Program-made: the position numbers and the translations under genes
Shown: positions 31,065-31,993 of the stretch, one piece after another
Position numbering within the stretch: position 1 is the first letter of the stretch
Layout of the letters: every line of letters begins with the position of its first letter
The notes under the pieces: generated by a model
What the model was told of the DNA's origin: nothing
The model's database searches: none
What the model saw: only the letters and a program-made list of their open reading frames with translations
Assembly (NCBI GenBank): GCA_049317625.1
Contig: JBMOHX010000001.1
Coordinates: 1 to 31,993, forward strand
DNA length: 31,993 nt
Direction of reading: 5' to 3'
From: Phycisphaerales bacterium
GTDB lineage: Bacteria > Planctomycetota > Phycisphaerae > Phycisphaerales > UBA1924

Positions 31065-31460
31065 ATGATGCCCGCCGACGAAGGACCGACATGCAGCCGC
31101 TGCGGCTACGACCTCTCGGGCCAGACCGCCGGGGAATCAGGGGGACTGACCTGCCCCGAGTGCGGCCAAGCCGACGCCGCGAAGCGGGAAGTCTCAACGG
31201 CGGACGAGAACGACCAGGTGTTGCTCCGAGCGATGGGGTGCGTCGCGTGCGGCACGGGCTCGTTTATGGTGATGAGAGATTCCAGGGTTCAGGGAATCCT
31301 CGCGTGTGTGCTGGTGGGCTTGACCGCGGCGTTCGCGATCAGCGTGCGTCGGCGGTCTCGCGGCTCGAATCGCTTGCTAGGACTCGTCGTCTTTGTGTTC
31401 GCCTTCGTGTATGTGGGGCTCTTCGTCGCGGCGGCGTGTGCGTTCCGGTTCCGTCGGTAG
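31065..31460 (+). CDS. Small zinc-ribbon membrane protein, paralogue of 26658-27023
   Basis: CSRCGYDLSGQ...TCPECG plus about 3 TM helices and a basic C-terminus; TAGACT (31056-31061) just before the tandem ATGs at 31065/31068. Confidence 0.75.
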   Translation: MMPADEGPTCSRCGYDLSGQTAGESGGLTCPECGQADAAKREVSTADENDQVLLRAMGCVACGTGSFMVMRDSRVQGILACVLVGLTAAFAISVRRRSRGSNRLLGLVVFVFAFVYVGLFVAAACAFRFRR

Positions 31461-31478
31461 GCGTACCGATCTGACACG

Positions 31479-31993
31479 TCAGTCGGGGAACGTGAGGAAC
31501 GCGGGCGGGACCGCGTCCACGAGCCAGACGCCGTTGGCCGAGAGGAAGAACTCGTGTCCGGCGCGGGACATCGCGCCCGCGGCGACGGAGAGGATGATCG
31601 CTTCGCCGCGGCGGTCGCCGACTCGGGAGGCGGTCTCCACGTCGGCGGAGAGGTGGACGTGGTGGCGCTTCTTTTTCCTGAGACCTTCGCGGCGGATGGA
31701 GTCGAGGAAGCGCTCGACGGTGCCGTGGTAGAGGATCTCTGGGGGCAGCGCGGACGGGAGCTCGAGGTCGACCTCGACGCTGTGGCCCTGGTTGGCTCGG
31801 ATGCGCAGGCCGTCGTCGCTGATCGCGAAGCGCTGCTTGTCGTTGGAGGCAACGACGGCGAGGAGTTCGTCGCGGGTGAACGCCTTGCCCTTGGCGGTGG
31901 CGCCGGCGATGAGGGAGTTGATGTCGCACCAGCCGGAGGCGTCGAGGGTGATGCCCGCGGCGGCGGGATTGTGCCGGAGGACGAGGCTGAGGA
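31479..31993 (-). CDS. kptA: RNA 2'-phosphotransferase KptA/Tpt1 (5'-truncated by the window edge)
   Basis: Hand-translated; not in the ORF track. LSLVLRHNP...LDASGW...NDKQRF...IRANQGHS...LYHGT...RHHVHLS...NGVWL...FPD-TGA. The RH, KQR, HGT and HLS motifs are diagnostic. Confidence 0.95.
   Translation of the reverse strand, partial: LSLVLRHNPAAAGITLDASGWCDINSLIAGATAKGKAFTRDELLAVVASNDKQRFAISDDGLRIRANQGHSVEVDLELPSALPPEILYHGTVERFLDSIRREGLRKKKRHHVHLSADVETASRVGDRRGEAIILSVAAGAMSRAGHEFFLSANGVWLVDAVPPAFLTFPD

Noticed and set aside
31289-31929. ORF-track calls 31289-31852, 31339-31929 and 31393-31731
   Set aside because: Wrong frames or strand over kptA, whose true frame ends at TGA 31479-31481.
1-31993. 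Mobile elements, prophage, tRNA/rRNA, defence islands
   Set aside because: No transposase, integrase, phage, cas or restriction motifs, no cloverleaf or rRNA-like sequence, and no obvious compositional break was seen.

Overview
High-GC chromosomal window, most likely from a Phycisphaerales planctomycete. The evidence is GC-type dockerin C-termini, PAPG-type PEP-CTERM tails and CGYDL...CPECG zinc-ribbon proteins; the taxonomy is inferred, not verified. I support about 24 CDS. Secreted/surface: three GC-dockerin proteins around an orphan rsmH, two PEP-CTERM proteins (one a PhoD-family phosphatase), a beta-helix protein and a metallophosphoesterase-LamG. Envelope maintenance: exported MsrB-MsrA, a LolA-like/thioredoxin-fold protein, two double-FKBP paralogues and a CPBP protease. 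Housekeeping and signalling: trpS, trpC, NUDIX, ftsW-murG, a pseudo-receiver plus diguanylate cyclase pair, and a partial kptA missed by the ORF track. No rRNA, tRNA, CRISPR or mobile element was recognised. Best candidate for an undescribed system: an ECF sigma factor (6134-6691) translationally coupled to a 1586-aa protein (6691-11451) with an anti-sigma-like N-terminus, one TM helix and a full alpha-2-macroglobulin with an intact thioester. Its bait region contains a hydrophobic hairpin ending in a degenerate type IV prepilin-like helix, so it may be a protease-trap receptor wired directly to transcription. Other notable signals: a 14-codon duplication of the TrpC active-site motif, TANNNT boxes just upstream of about 10 start codons (leaderless translation), and an 11-bp tandem repeat over a promoter.
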